A stretch of 64,000 nucleotides of DNA. Origin: Octopus vulgaris. Its lineage: Eukaryota. The notes beneath the pieces were generated by a model. That model saw only the letters and a program-made list of their open reading frames with translations. It was not told the DNA's origin and did not search any database. A program made the translations under genes and the position numbers. The stretch lies in NCBI GenBank assembly GCA_951406725.2, contig OX597824.1, forward strand, positions 51,274,001 through 51,338,000. Direction: 5' to 3'. Shown here one piece after another: positions 26,410 through 41,022 of the stretch (position 1 is its first letter; the number at the start of each line of letters is the position of its first letter).

Positions 26410-27075
26410 ATTCTTTGGAAGAAAATAGTATTTTAGTTACATCTCTTTACATTTCGGATTACAATCGTTACAGGATCGATTTTATCTTTCACCTTTGTCG
26501 GACCTTGGTTAAAAGCAGATTATATTGATATCACGTGGTGTGAGATAAAGTGAATGAATTATCAAAAAAGATTAAAAGATGAGATGGAGATGGGTGTAGA
26601 GGAAAGGGATCAAAGGTGGGTGTTTTTGTTGTTTTTTTTATCTCTGAAGATCTCAGTAAGCTCTCTTAACGCTTTTTGACGTACCAGATACTGGGAACAG
26701 CTTCTTACAGTCTCTCACAACAAATACAGTTTTCAGGGAGTGAAATAGAGAAGAAAAAATACACGACGACGCCCCCCCCCCGCCCCCCGTACTTCACTGA
26801 CACTTTATCTATGGATCTCGAAAGAATGAAGTGTAAATTTGACAATAACGAGATTTGAACGAAGAGAACCGAAATAAATATTGCAAGACAGTCCAAAGAA
26901 TTCTGCCCGTTCGCTGAATCACTCTAGTTTTTTTTTAATGCACCCTCTCTTCATCGAAGAAGGGTAACATAGTGAGCATCAGATTGGAAATAGCAGCCAC
27001 GTACCTGTCGGTCATACTGTAGTCTTAAATAACGAAGATATTTCATTAGGATAGTAGTAGACACAGAGGTTGTAT

Positions 27076-28098
27076 ATAAAATAATGCCAGTATTCAATTA
27101 CTCCATCAACATTCTCAGTTCAAATTTAGCAATGGTCAACTGTGGGGATATGTGCTGCCTTGTGGTTGTGTTTGGAATCAATATTTGGCATGTGTTCCTC
27201 TGGATATATATAAATATATATCCCAATTAATAAATTCGTAAAAGTCCTATCAGTTGACGTGTTACAATGAAAGGTATCCGAACTTCAAAATTCATATCTT
27301 CCCTGAACAAAAACTTATTTTTTCAAGAGTATCATGAATCTTACGTCGATCTCGAGCATCCAATTATTCTTTCAACTGGGCAGCCTACTCACTGGATTAA
27401 GGCACGAAGTGTTTGAGCACTCAAATGATATATTTTCCAACGTATTTCTCAGGTAGAATCCGTAAGACTCTGTATGTGACAAGGTGTCATCTTTGAATTA
27501 CAAGTATAGTCCATCCGATGAGCTTGTATACAATTTTTGTTTACCGAATTTTATTCACAAGGCTTAGGTCAACCTGAGGCTATCGTTTTTGCTCAAGATG
27601 TTACATAGGGCGATCGAAACTGAGGCCTCATAGTTTAGAAGTGAACTTCTTAATCACTCAAGCTTATGCTGTTTTCTAACCCCAACTCTAATCCTATACC
27701 TGACCATTCAGTTTTTTTTTTAATTATAGTGTATCTAGGTCTAAATCATTGATTGTGTCCTTCGTTGTTTGATATTGTAGAGTTTGAAAGAAGGGGATTC
27801 GATTGCTATTTCCGATAATTTGAGCGATCGGTGGAGGTTCCCACTTTGGCTCAGTTTAGTATATTTTCTTTACTCTAATAACCTGGTGCTATCGTAGTTA
27901 GAATCTGACTGGAAATACTATCATGAATTTTCATAACACAGCAAAATATGTGTAAAGAACTAAAACACGTTCAGAGAAACACATGCCAAATATCGATTTC
28001 AAACACGACCACAAGGCAGCACATATCCCCACAGTTGACCACTGCTAGATTTGAACTGAGAATGTTGATTGAGTAATTGAACACTGGCACTATTTTAT
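27076..28098. repeat. About 127-bp inverted repeats (27076-27202 and 27972-28098) around a 770-bp spacer; MITE-like
   Basis: ctcagttcaaatttagcaatggtcaactgtggggatatgtgctgccttgtgg and its reverse complement are both present. Confidence 0.8.
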
Positions 28099-28738
28099 TA
28101 ATTTTGTCAATCCGCCAAGCAACCTCGTTTGTTCAAAAATATGAGCGAACTGCTTGAATTTCCGCGATTAGATTAACCACCAATGGGCGATCAGTCCCAC
28201 AGTCCCACCAGTAAACATGGAGCCCTAGAATTTACGATGTCTGTCCCTTTCTCTCATATGTGACAGGATATACATATATATAATAGGAACAGCTTTAAAT
28301 TAAAATACCGGTTTGTATACCATTTGTAAAATATATACAAACACGGAACGGCACTAGGTATAATATTTGGAGGCAGAGAATCTTCACAAAGAGCCTTTTA
28401 TGTTAAAAACACAGGGTGTTGCTCGGAACACCGGTAGATAGCAAAACACAGTGATTCAACCTGATTTAATCTCCTCAGTGATGCGCACGCTCAACTTGTG
28501 AGCCAAGTCGAAAATGTTGGTTCTGATATAGAAGTCAATAAACAAAACAATTACTGATTTGTGCGAAGGCTAACGAAGCTAGAATTAAATTAATAGACAC
28601 ACTTGAAACAACCTTAGATTAAAATACAGATATGTATACCATCTATGATGTGTATACAATCGTGGAATGGTACTAGCTGTAATATTTTGTTTCAGAGAAA
28701 TTTCTCAAAACTATATGCAAGTATGTGTGCGTATGTAC

Positions 28739-28812
<74 letters not shown>

Positions 28813-31800
28813 TGGGTAGGGTTGTCGTGCTCTTGACTTCTTGGAAACTATTCTAATCTTTCTCTGAATGTCTAAATGACAATGTAATCGAAATTATAAT
28901 TCTTCTTTTTCTCTATTTCTACACCTATTGTGATATCTCGGAAAGGATATGTTGGATTATATCATAACGAATTACCTGCTAAGAGGTTCATGCATGGTAC
29001 CTATTACAAGATAGATGGTATCTATTATAAGATAAATCAGTTGATCCAACAAGTGAGAAGAACTTTAATTCTGAACACATCTCAGCTCCAGTGATGAGAT
29101 GTGAACCGTCGATCCTTTGCTTCATAGTATGATATTCCAACGCCGCAACCTTCAACGTTTCTGTACGTTCATTAATAGCTAAAAGAAAATAATTTTTTCA
29201 TCTGAAATATTTTGATGATATTGTAACCGTAAAATAAATATTTTCAACTTGACCTTTCACAGTATAAACCTCCAGCGAAATTTTCCTCTTCTTTTCTTTG
29301 AAAGCGATCTCTTAAATTTTACATTTTAAATTGTTTTAGCAAAGATTAGGAAATGCAACCTTTTACACAGATTTAAGTAACTAAAACTTCATAACCATGT
29401 TAAAGCTATAGTTTGCAATACAAATTAATTTCTGGCTACTCTAGTTTTATTTCCTTGCGGATATCTTTTATTTCTATTTGTTTATTAATTCATTATCGGT
29501 GTAATTGTTTTTACTTCTGTTTGTTTTAATGTTAACAAGATGCATGCATACATCGATGACTTGCAGGACCCAGTTGATTAAACTGATGTGGGCAGACATT
29601 TACAAAGTATGACGATAGGAGCGATAAATTGGCACCCAAACAATTAACACCAACAATAACGAGTATAATGACAAATACATTTGTAATAAAACACACGTAA
29701 ATATATACACACACACACACACACTCCATCTCTCTCTCTCTCTCTCTTTCTCACTTACACACACACATGTTTAAGACATTCTTCATGATACGCTGCATCA
29801 TTGAAGAATGCTGAATGAGCCCTCAAAGCTATAAGAATAAAAACCATTATGACAATTGTCACTAATGGTTTAATAGTACTAGAAAGAAGAAAGAAAATGT
29901 TAAAGAGCAGGCGTGTAGTGGAATAAAGTGAGATACATGGTTTTACTTGAAGAACGTTCTTGATTCTCCTTACACAAAATGCATAAAACAAACCCCGGAG
30001 CCGAGTCTTTTTCCTCAGTTCCTCAAATCCTGCAACACAAAATTTAATGCACGCAGCACACACATGGAAATTCATACGTATGTAACAAGCATTCATGCGT
30101 ACATAAACACACACACACACACATGCACACACGCACACAAGCACACACACACGCATACACTTTTCATCTATAAACGTGAGTGATTACACTTGTTCTTATT
30201 TGTAAAAGAAAAAAGAAAACACAAACAAAAATAATACTCCTGCATCTAATACAAGTTCATTGATTATTATAGAATTTACTCAAGGTAACTAGAGACATTT
30301 TGGAAGTACTTGATATTCAAACAGAATTCGACTAATGGTACTCGACTATTCATGATTTAGTAACTATCATACAATGCTTTCGGCATATGATATTATTCTC
30401 ATCGTTTTTAGTCCTTCACCTCTTCAACGAAGCCATAACATTTGGTCACTAAACTCCAGTGTAAGGAACCTAACAACAACAACTACTAATAAATATAACA
30501 CTGAACTTGGTTTCAGGGGTTTTACCTTCATATTGTCTCTGTTATAACGCCTTCGTCTTCCTGCTAAGCTGAAGCAATCTACCTGCTTCTATTTAGACTG
30601 ATGTAACCTAGTTGGACAAACATTAGTGTGCTCACTAAAGTGTAAAAGGTTCAAATGCACTCAAATACATTCATACACAACACGATTGTACATACATTCA
30701 CATGATGGCAGAGAGGATACAAGAGCAAGTAAAAGAGACTTTTGACAAGAATTGCTTTAGCGCTGAGAATGATAGTGATAGAGTCAGGAAACACTGATGA
30801 CAAAAAAAAATCAACTATTTCCTGTCTCCCTTTGAACATTGAATTCAGCAATCTAACCCACATCCCCTTCGATAACAACCATATTCTCTTCTATTTAATA
30901 GAGCTCTGTACAAAATTGTGAATATGTAGCATAATGCATTGTCTAAATAATCATTTAAAATTTACAGAATAGCAGACGATAGTGTGAATTGATCGAAGCA
31001 GACGATAGAGTTACAATGGAAATAGCCAATGGTAAAACACACCCAATTGGCTCTCCAAGAAAGTTAAGATGAAACAGCTCAAAACAAAATGTGATTTATT
31101 AAATACAAACTTTCCTTCAAAGCTGTAACATCAAAGAAGAAAGTGACTGGAGGTGATCATAATGTGTATTATTAAACAATTCTAGTGGCAAATGCCGAAA
31201 AATAACCGTCATTTCTTGGTGAACTGAGTCCACGAACCGGTTTCAATTTCCGGTGAAGCCATTTCACTTGCCATGAATTGAATGGGCTTCTACTATGAAA
31301 GAAACTCTGATATGTGAGTATATGTGCGTACGTGTGCGAGTGTGTGTGTGTGTGTGTGTGTGAATGTGTGTGTGAATATATAAGTATACACATTTATGTA
31401 TGTGTGTATTACTGTTTGTATGTATACACATTTGTGTGTGTTCTTCTATGTATGTATGAACGTGTGTATGTATATATGCGGGTGTGTATGTGTATGTGTG
31501 TGTGTGCGCGCGCGCGCTTATGTGGGATATGTTGAAGTTACTTTATATAAGCCGGAATGACAATGTTTTACCCCTTTCATCTGAATCTGTCAGACGTTTT
31601 TCGGTTTGTAAGAAAAAATAATTAATATTTCCGTGGCGATTTATTGAAAGCCATGCTGAACAATGGAGGTCAAATAAATTACTAAACCACCTTGAGCCAA
31701 TGAAGCCGACGAGGCCAACGAGGGATTCTCTGCATGGACGCTCTACATGCTAGAAGTAACAGCCAAATCTCTTTCATATAATCACACTCTTTCATCTTAG

Positions 31801-32189
31801 TTTAAAAAAAGGAAGTCATCGGAAAATAATCTCCTATATTCAATCTGTATGGGAAAACAGGTAGTGACGACCAAAAGACTGTTTATTCGATTATTGCTAA
31901 GCTAAACATGAAGCACACGTCGGTAAATGTTGTCCTAGATAGACTGTGTACAGAAAAAATGGGAAAGTCGTACGTCTACTATATCATTGCTGACCTGAAA
32001 AAGCGAAATGGAAAGAAACATCGGAAAACGTAGTCTTAACTTCACGAGTATTCATAGCTAAAACAAGTCCTACGATCATTGTTGATCTAGAATTAAAAAT
32101 ATTTATTTCTATTATAGGCCCAAAGCCTGAAATTTTGTGGAAGAGGGCCAGTCGTTACATTGACCCCAATGATCAACTGATACTTATTT

Positions 32190-32317
32190 TCATTATTTAC
32201 ATTTGTCCTCAACTTATTTGTTGTTAACACAACGTTCGGCTGATATACCCTCCTGCCTTCATCAGGTGTCTTGAGGAAATTTCGAACCTGGGTTCTCATT
32301 CCTAAGGTACTTTTCGA

Positions 32318-32354
<37 letters not shown>

Positions 32355-32489
32355 ATTATTATTATTTCTATCATTATCATTATTATTATTATTAATATTA
32401 TTATTATTATTATTCAGGTCACTGCCTAGAATCGAACTCAGAATCTTGGGGTTATTAGATCGCGCTCTTAACCACTACGCCATATGCCC
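32190..32489 (-). mobile_element. tRNA-headed SINE-like element with hammerhead-like 3' part
   Basis: A box TGGCGTAGTGG, B box GAGTTCGATTCT, (AAT)n spacer, then acac-CUGAUGA-aggc...gcc-GAAC-GUU-gugu at 32227-32269. Confidence 0.7.
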
Positions 32490-32571
32490 GTAGGCATATT
32501 CCGAGTTCAATTATAAACTATAAGTTAAAGGCTCTAAAGTGATACCACATGTTTTGCTTGTGTTCTCTGTT

Positions 32572-32614
<43 letters not shown>

Positions 32615-32615
32615 T

Positions 32616-33960
32616 ATGTATGGATTCTCCATCACTATAATCAATGAATACCGTAGAGTCGACTTTTTAGCCGCTACTTTTGATTTGGATACTGGCCTGC
32701 ACAAACCGTTTCATAAACCTAATGAGAGCCTAAAATATGTCAACGTTGAATCTAATCATCCACCATCAATAATTAAAGGATCTGTCAATAATATCCCGGC
32801 TAGAATATCCAGGCTATCCGCAAATGAAAATATATTCAACATGCACGCACCTTATTATAACTCAGCCTTAGCTAAGGCCGGATACCGTGAGAAAATCCAA
32901 TATACCAGTAGTAGTAATAATAATAATAACTCTTACAACTCAACTAGTAATACGATTCATTATAAAAAAACTTACCAAAAACAACAATAACTACACACAC
33001 AAATCAAAAATCTAGATAATAGAATCCCAAACCATAAGATAAGACTAACCAAACCCAGACACATTAGGATCAACCATGAGTTAGAGAAAACTCGTAACAA
33101 ACAACAAATTAAACACCTAACACCAGAAAAGCCAATTGCCGTTCCAAGCACTCAGACAAACGGAACTAACCGAAAATATAAAACCTATGACGTCCTTTGG
33201 TATAACTCAGTCTGGAGCTCCAGCATCTCATCTAAGATCGCAAAACAATTTTTCATCGCACTTGATCGCTGCTTCCCTAAAAATGGAGCATACAGTAAAA
33301 TATTCAACCGTCACATTATAAAACTATCTCATGCAAATTCATCAAACTTAGAGCACCATATTCATAGGATTAACAACCATAAACTGAGGCGAAGACTAGT
33401 CAGCACTCAAAATAACCTCCTTGAGATTAACCATAACTCATATGACCAGCCTAAAGACAACGTTTATAACTCGAATTATACTGTCAACCAACAGAGCGAT
33501 AATTACAATATCCATGATAACCATCCAACAAATAGCACCAGCAACAATTACAATAATAAACTGAGAACACCTACAAATAGTGATAATAAAATGATAATCA
33601 ACATACCAAACAGAACCAAGCCCTCCAGCACTCGATGTACACAAGCCAACAAAATCAAACAGTTATGCTCATGCAGAGATAGATCCAATTGTCCTTTGGA
33701 TAACCAATGTATGACTAAGAACGTGGTATACAAGTGCACTATAAATACTAGAGGAGGCACCTACGTATATATTGGAGCATCGATACAGCAACCATATCGC
33801 CAGCTTTCGAAATATCCTTAAACGATATGTAACATCACGGGCCGACAAAATACGACCTTACATGGTCCATACTTAGACACGCGAGTCCCTATAACACTAT
33901 ATCCTGGGAATGCCACTTATGATCCGAGGAGTCAATCTCGATAATGTTTACAAATGAGCG
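32616..33960 (+). pseudogene. Penelope-like element relic, Naiad-type (RT thumb plus GIY-YIG)
   Basis: VDFL..TFDL.....PFHKPN....YV...SNHPPSIIK, YYNSAL.KAGY; VLWYN...FP...SKIFNR...KLS near 33190-33340; CSCRDRSNCPLDNQC..KNVVYKC...YVYIG near 33665-33780. Confidence 0.8.
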
Positions 33961-34141
33961 CATTATAAATAAATTCACTGAACTATTACCCAGCTGCCTA
34001 CACGCAGCTAAACACAAATCCCGACCATACATAATTTGATGTATTCATGGCGCCCATAACTCTTAATACACCTGAACTTAAGGCATTATATTCTCATAAC
34101 TTGTATTTGACATATGATCTTGCAATCTAGATCCATATATG

Positions 34142-34205
<64 letters not shown>

Positions 34206-35176
34206 TGTGTGCGTGTGTGTGTGTGTGTGTGTATAAGCATATATCTGTACGTATATATATATATGCATATTTATTAATTCATAATAGAATATAAGGATAA
34301 AAATCACGTTGATTTTTATCAAGTAGTCAGCATGCTATAAAAATTTATAGGCAATTTATACATTAAATTAATAATAATATACATATGTATATAATTATAT
34401 TAAAGAAGCAAGGGCGAAAATGACCTACCTTCAGCATGCTTGAAGTACCGATACCTTCAAAAAATTACCAAAATCTCCAGATGTATATATTTATCTGGCG
34501 TTTTTGGTAGTTTTTTTTAGACATCAGCACTTCAAGCATGCCAGACATAGGTCGTTTTCGCCCTTGCTCCCTTAGTATGATTATATATATGTGTATGTGT
34601 GTGTGTATGTATGTGTGTGTGTGTGTGTGTGTGTGCGTGTGAAGCTTTGCACGGACGTGTGTATCTTGCTTTACGTACGAATTTATGCACATATTTACCT
34701 ATACTATGTACGTATATTTATGTATGTATACACGTGTGTACCTGTGCATACGAGTTCCTATACATATATATTTATATATTCGTCCATAGGTGTGCGTATG
34801 CGCGTGTATCTAGTTGCATATATATGCCCATATACTTGGATGTGCGTGTGTGAACGTGTATGTATATGTGCATATATATATATATATGTGTGTGTGTGTG
34901 AGTGTGTGTGTGTGTTCGTATATATGCGTCTAAGCACGAACACAAAAAGTATTATCTTCCTTTCAACTTCTACTTCCTTTTCTTTCAATTAACAGTTACA
35001 TCAGCGAAAGCTGATTACGCCATACTCTCTAAACTAGAATGTATACTTTCCACGTTCATATTTGAATTTTTTGCGTTTCAATAATTTTTCTCTGATTTTA
35101 CTCATTCTCGAATTTTATGGCCATATAGCGGTACGTAAGCCGACTCAAGAAATCACGAGTGAGACTTTTTATTGAT

Positions 35177-35218
35177 GTACCTGAAGATACCCAGAACGAA
35201 TCGAAATAAGTGTTGTAC
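35177..35218 (+). ncRNA. Degenerate hammerhead-like motif
   Basis: gtac-CUGAAGA-...-GAAA-uaagu-GUU-guac followed by AATAAA; stem II is eroded. Confidence 0.4.
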
Positions 35219-36221
35219 CCAATAAAGTCTATTAAACATTCCATCATCTATTTTATTAATACTGTTACCCCAACCGCCTTTACAAAGTTCCTGCAGTAAA
35301 TCTACGGATAACAACAGGTCATCGAAACTGTGCCGGTACTTTACTCATCATCAATTTATACATTTTGTAAAATTTCTGTGTGTATCAAATCCCACACAAG
35401 ATAAATTTCTGGTTTCTGTTCTTTTAAAATTATCTCTGACTGTAGAGCATCCATTATAATTACCAAATGGTAATTGAGAAGGAAAGATAATTTTAAGGAT
35501 CAAGAATTTGTAAATGTTGTCGTGCCATTAAGGAAAATGCCATCAGCATGACAACTGTAACCAAGAGATTTAGAATTATAGAAAAAAAAAGTAGAAAGCA
35601 TTTATAGCTCAGGTAATTTCAATAATTTAAATCTAGGAGAAATAGCTCAAAGTGGCCCAGTGGCATGTATTTCAAAAGCATACACATATATCAATTACCA
35701 AATAACAAATTTATAATATATTCACATTTTCTTTGCCTCGAGCGGATGTGTCATAATTACAATATAGTAATTAATACCAGTTCCAGTTGAGGAGAGACGA
35801 TCTTAACAATCAAGAATTTCCCCAAAGATATGCCACAGTAATCTATGCATCATAGTGAATGTAAATGCCTCGTTGACAGGCGGTATTCGACTATTTGACC
35901 AGAGAAAGAAACTCTGAGGAATGTGCTATGTCTAAAAATAAAATATCTATCGGAGGAAAGCGAAACTCCAGCAGCGGCCAGTGAGAACACCAAATGCATT
36001 TTGGCCTCATTGGAGCTTGTTGATGCATGCACTCGCTGCCAGCCATATCCTTAGTCGAGATGTGTGGCCTCAAATATATGGGAAACAGAGAATAAACATT
36101 CAATGGTATTGCGAGTTGCTACATGGCTATTTCAATTATTACTGCTTCGTTTGTATATAAAACAGGTGTATACACACACACACAAACATATGTATATATA
36201 CGCATACATACATATATACAT

Positions 36222-36287
<66 letters not shown>

Positions 36288-36654
36288 ATATATATGTATG
36301 TATATAGGCGTTTATATATTACGTGTGTATATATATATATATATACACGTAATATATAAACGCGTATATACATACATATATACAGCCACACCCACCCACA
36401 TTTATATATGTTAACATATATATATATATATATATTCATGTTTCTTTTTAATGTTCATTTATAATAAAAACAAATTTACATTAACCTGATGGATTACTTT
36501 ATAATTTAGTAGAGTACAAATTTGTTAGTGACGTTGAAGTTTTCGCCAGCCAGGCCATCGTCGGACGATGACGTATATATATATATATATATATATACAT
36601 TAACCCATCAGGTTAATGTAAGTCGCCATGATAGATCGTTAGCCACTACACGCA

Positions 36655-36812
36655 TTTTTTCTCTCCTTGTTTTTTCTGTGTCCCTTTCTGTAGAAGAGCG
36701 TAGGCTCGAAACGTAAAATACTTTTTCTATTCCTGGGCGTTATACTAATACATCTGTTTGTTTTGTACACCACCTGTCTTCGTCTTTTGTTGTTTTCGTA
36801 AACTCTCCCTAT
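36655..36812 (+). mobile_element. Short interspersed repeat containing a variant hammerhead-like motif (36684-36719)
   Basis: About 160 bp near-identical to 59712-59872; uuu-CUGUAGA-a-gagc(guag)gcuc-GAAAC-GUA-aaa. Confidence 0.7.
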
Positions 36813-36859
36813 ATATATATGTGTGTGTGTGTGCGTGTGTGTGTGTGTAGATAGATAGA

Positions 36860-37406
<547 letters not shown>

Positions 37407-37762
37407 CAAAGTGAGATAGGGGTTATGAATGTAACTCACTATAGGATATCATTTATCCAATATACTGCCAGTAAATACCCAGAAAGGCTAATACATAAAT
37501 GCTAAGAATTGCAAATCAATTAATTCATTTATTGTATTATATGGGCGAAGGTAAAATGTTTTACTTCAAACTCATAATACAAAATAAGAAAATGGAGGAA
37601 TAGATTTCTTTCAATCATCAACTACTAAATAATACCAATTCATATAATTTATTAAATAATTATTTAGGAACATCCAGATCCAACAGAATAATACAGAATA
37701 AAACAGTACACATCAATAAGTAAGATAATACCATAAGAACAATACATATAAATATAAAATGG

Positions 37763-37815
37763 ATCTTACAGCTGTTTCAGCCTGTCGATAAGAGCCTCAA
37801 GGCCTCCTCAGAGAT
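37763..37815 (-). ncRNA. Type-I hammerhead ribozyme
   Basis: aucu-CUGAGGA-ggccu...aggcu-GAAAC-agcu-GUA-agau: perfect core, 4-bp stem I, palindromic stem/loop III (acagcugu). Confidence 0.88.
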
Positions 37816-37906
37816 TGAATTGGTATTATCTAGTAGTTGATGATTGAAAGAAATCTATTCCTCCATTTTCTTATTTTATATATATATATATATATATATA
37901 AATAAA

Positions 37907-38069
37907 GGCGCAAGTGTAGCTGTGTGGTAAGGACCCTGCTTACCAACCACCTGGTTCCAGGTTCAATGAAACTGCGTGGCATCTTGGTCAAGTGTCTTCT
38001 ACTATAACCCCGGGCCGCCCAAAGCCTTGTGAGTGGATTTGGTAGACGGAAACTGAAAGAAGCCCGTCG

Positions 38070-38147
<78 letters not shown>

Positions 38148-38340
38148 TGTGTCTCTGTTTGTCCCCCAACATCGCTTGACGACCGATGCTAGTTTCTTTA
38201 CGTCACCGTAACTTAGCGGTTGGGCATAAGAGTTCGATAGAATAAGTACTAGGCTTACAAAGAATAAGTCCTGGTGTCGATTCGCTAAAGGCGGTACTCC
38301 AGTATAGCTGCAGTCAAATGAATGAAACAAATAAAAGAAA
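37907..38340 (+). mobile_element. SINE family A, full length
   Basis: Head ggcgcaagtgtagctgtgtggtaag, CORE-like body, TA/GT microsatellite, family tail. Confidence 0.88.
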
Positions 38341-38423
38341 ATATATATATATACAACTCTTTAACTTGTTCCAGCTTTAAAGCTGCGGTCATGCTGGGGC
38401 ACCAGCGTTGGATATGCGTTATG

Positions 38424-38577
<154 letters not shown>

Positions 38578-39314
38578 CAGATATTCAAATAAGAATTAGA
38601 ATCAACTCGGTGTATATAAATAATATCGAACACACATACAATTATGTGGGTAGGCTGTGCTTATATGTGTAAGAGAATATCTTTTTTCGTCAGTGGTGTT
38701 AGAACAATTTTGCTTATAATCATAGACATCGATTTAGCTGTGTACCGGCCTTCTACCAGTACACAGTATTCACAAATCTCAAAAATGACGAAACATCGTT
38801 GTCTATTGCTCCGTTGTCTGATGCGAGTTATATACGAGTGTGTGTGTGCGCGCGCGCGCGTGTATTTTGCAAAAAGAAACTAAATTTCGAATGCAGCAGA
38901 AAATGCAAGCACAGCAGAGAATGATTATAAAAGTTGCGAGAAGGCGGCTACAGGACTCGATTCTCTGCTTTCCTTACAGCTTTACTGCCTTCGAAATTTC
39001 CTTTCTTTCTGCAAAATACCTACCACATTCGACGCTTCCAAAGTTTATTTCCAAAACGTTGTAACATTAGAAAGCTATAATTTAGCATTAAATTTGACGG
39101 TAATTGTTGCCAGGGGCGCCTTTAGCTTGATGGTTAGATCACTTAACCAGTATCTGTGGGGTACGAGTTTGAGTCCCGTTGCCGCCTTCTGGCAACTTTT
39201 TTTTTCTGCTGTCCTTACTGCTTTCGAAATTTACTTTTCTTCAGCAAGATACCAACCACATTCGACGCTTCTAAAGTTTGTTGATATATATACATATATG
39301 TATGTATGTATTTA

Positions 39315-39545
39315 CAGGGTGGCCCAAAAGTAGGTTTACAATTATTACGGAGTCACTTTAAATTTATTTTAAAACATTCTATTACATTTAAATTTCTATC
39401 TTACAAACTGAAAAGGGAGCGTGGCAAAATGAACTAAATTAGCATAAAAAATGGTTTCATATTTTTTTTATAATTAAGGTTTAAACTGTTAATATATGAA
39501 ACCAAAGAGATAGTTGAATAACTGTAAACCTACTTTTGGGTCATC

Positions 39546-39548
<3 letters not shown>
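39315..39548. mobile_element. Tc1/mariner-type MITE
   Basis: TIRs cagggtggcccaaaagtaggtttaca and tgtaaacctacttttgggtcatcctg with TA duplication. Confidence 0.9.
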
Positions 39549-39582
<34 letters not shown>

Positions 39583-39583
<1 letters not shown>

Positions 39584-40240
39584 TAGCTTAAGGTGACCGC
39601 TCTACGCGCGGGTAAGAGTGTGGTTGTTGCTTCCTTTCTGTTTTTTATCACCACATTCTCCCTCTTTGTTTCTCTCTCCTTTCTCTCTCACTTTTCCACT
39701 CTCTTACTCTTCCTTTCTCTCGGACTCTCGCTTTCTCTTACTCTCTATCTTTCTCTATCTATATCTCTCCCATTGAAATATCAATCATAAATATCAGGCA
39801 GTGACAACGGAAAGTTCTGCTTCAAGGCAGACAGCAAAACACTAACATTTAAAAGGGACAGACGAACTTGGGAGCTGAACAAAAATAAAAAAAATATTGG
39901 AAACCAAAGTTTGAAGGGATAGAATCACAATGGCTGGCATTTCTTAACGGCGGACAGCGTAAAATGTTGAACTTGATGTAAAAGAAAATTCCTAAACACC
40001 CGCTCCTGTAAATTTTAATCCCCTTCCAGCCCCATTTAGACCCCTTTTCACATTTTGGTTAATATAACCCGATTTCATTCGGGTCTACTCGGGCCACATT
40101 TTATAAGATGAGGAATTTTGTCCTAGAGGTCACGCCTTTCATTTGAGGAAAAAATAGTTGTCATGCAAACTTGCCAGTACTTTTAACATAGGTGTGCATA
40201 TTTTCAGCTGAACCGACCGACCACATAATGCACACATTAT
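39583..40240 (-). mobile_element. Non-autonomous Helitron (third family)
   Basis: CTAG terminus next to (TA)n preceded by a GC-rich hairpin (accgctctacgcgcgggt); the other end runs into tatata. Confidence 0.6.
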
Positions 40241-40989
40241 ATATATATATATGTATATATATATATGTGTGTGTGTGTGTGTGCACGCATTATATATACA
40301 AATGTATACAAATTATATATATATATATATGTATAAATTAAATTAGAGATAAAACCACTAATAGGCAAATCAAACAGTGAAAAACCAAAATCAGAAACAT
40401 AAAAATAAAAATATAATATATAAAATATATAAAATATAAAATTAAAAAATTTAAATTATTTAAATTTAAAATAAAAGTTATTAAATTATATTTATAATTT
40501 GTTTAAAAATATATATAACTATCAAAAAGTATTAAAAAGTTTAATATACATAAATACAGATATATACACTTTGTATGTATACATTATATATACATATTTA
40601 TATATAGAACACACGCACACACACACATATATAAATGAACGCAAGAAATATCTGATTGTGTGTTGTTGGTGGCGATGATAATTCTCTCTATGAATGCAGA
40701 CAGATACATAAAAGAACGCCGTTTGACGAACTTATAAAGGGAAACTGAAGGGGAGTTAGAGGGAAATGGAGGAAATAGCTTGAGTGAGGAAGACAGATAC
40801 GTAAAAGAACGGGAGTGGACTTGTCAAAGTGGGTTTTTGGCCCTAGCAACGACACCTTTTAAGATAGGGATTTCTAACGTAGCCCACGGGCATCGTCACC
40901 TCATTTTACATGTCCCTGTAAATTTTGGAGTCAATCTGACGGGATGTAGTGGCCTTGAAAGCGATCCAAGCGGTCCAAACGCATTTCAG

Positions 40990-41017
<28 letters not shown>

Positions 41018-41022
<5 letters not shown>

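Noticed and set aside
39113-39187. tRNA-like sequence
   Set aside because: A/B-box-like motifs are present but the cloverleaf pairs poorly; most likely a decayed SINE head.
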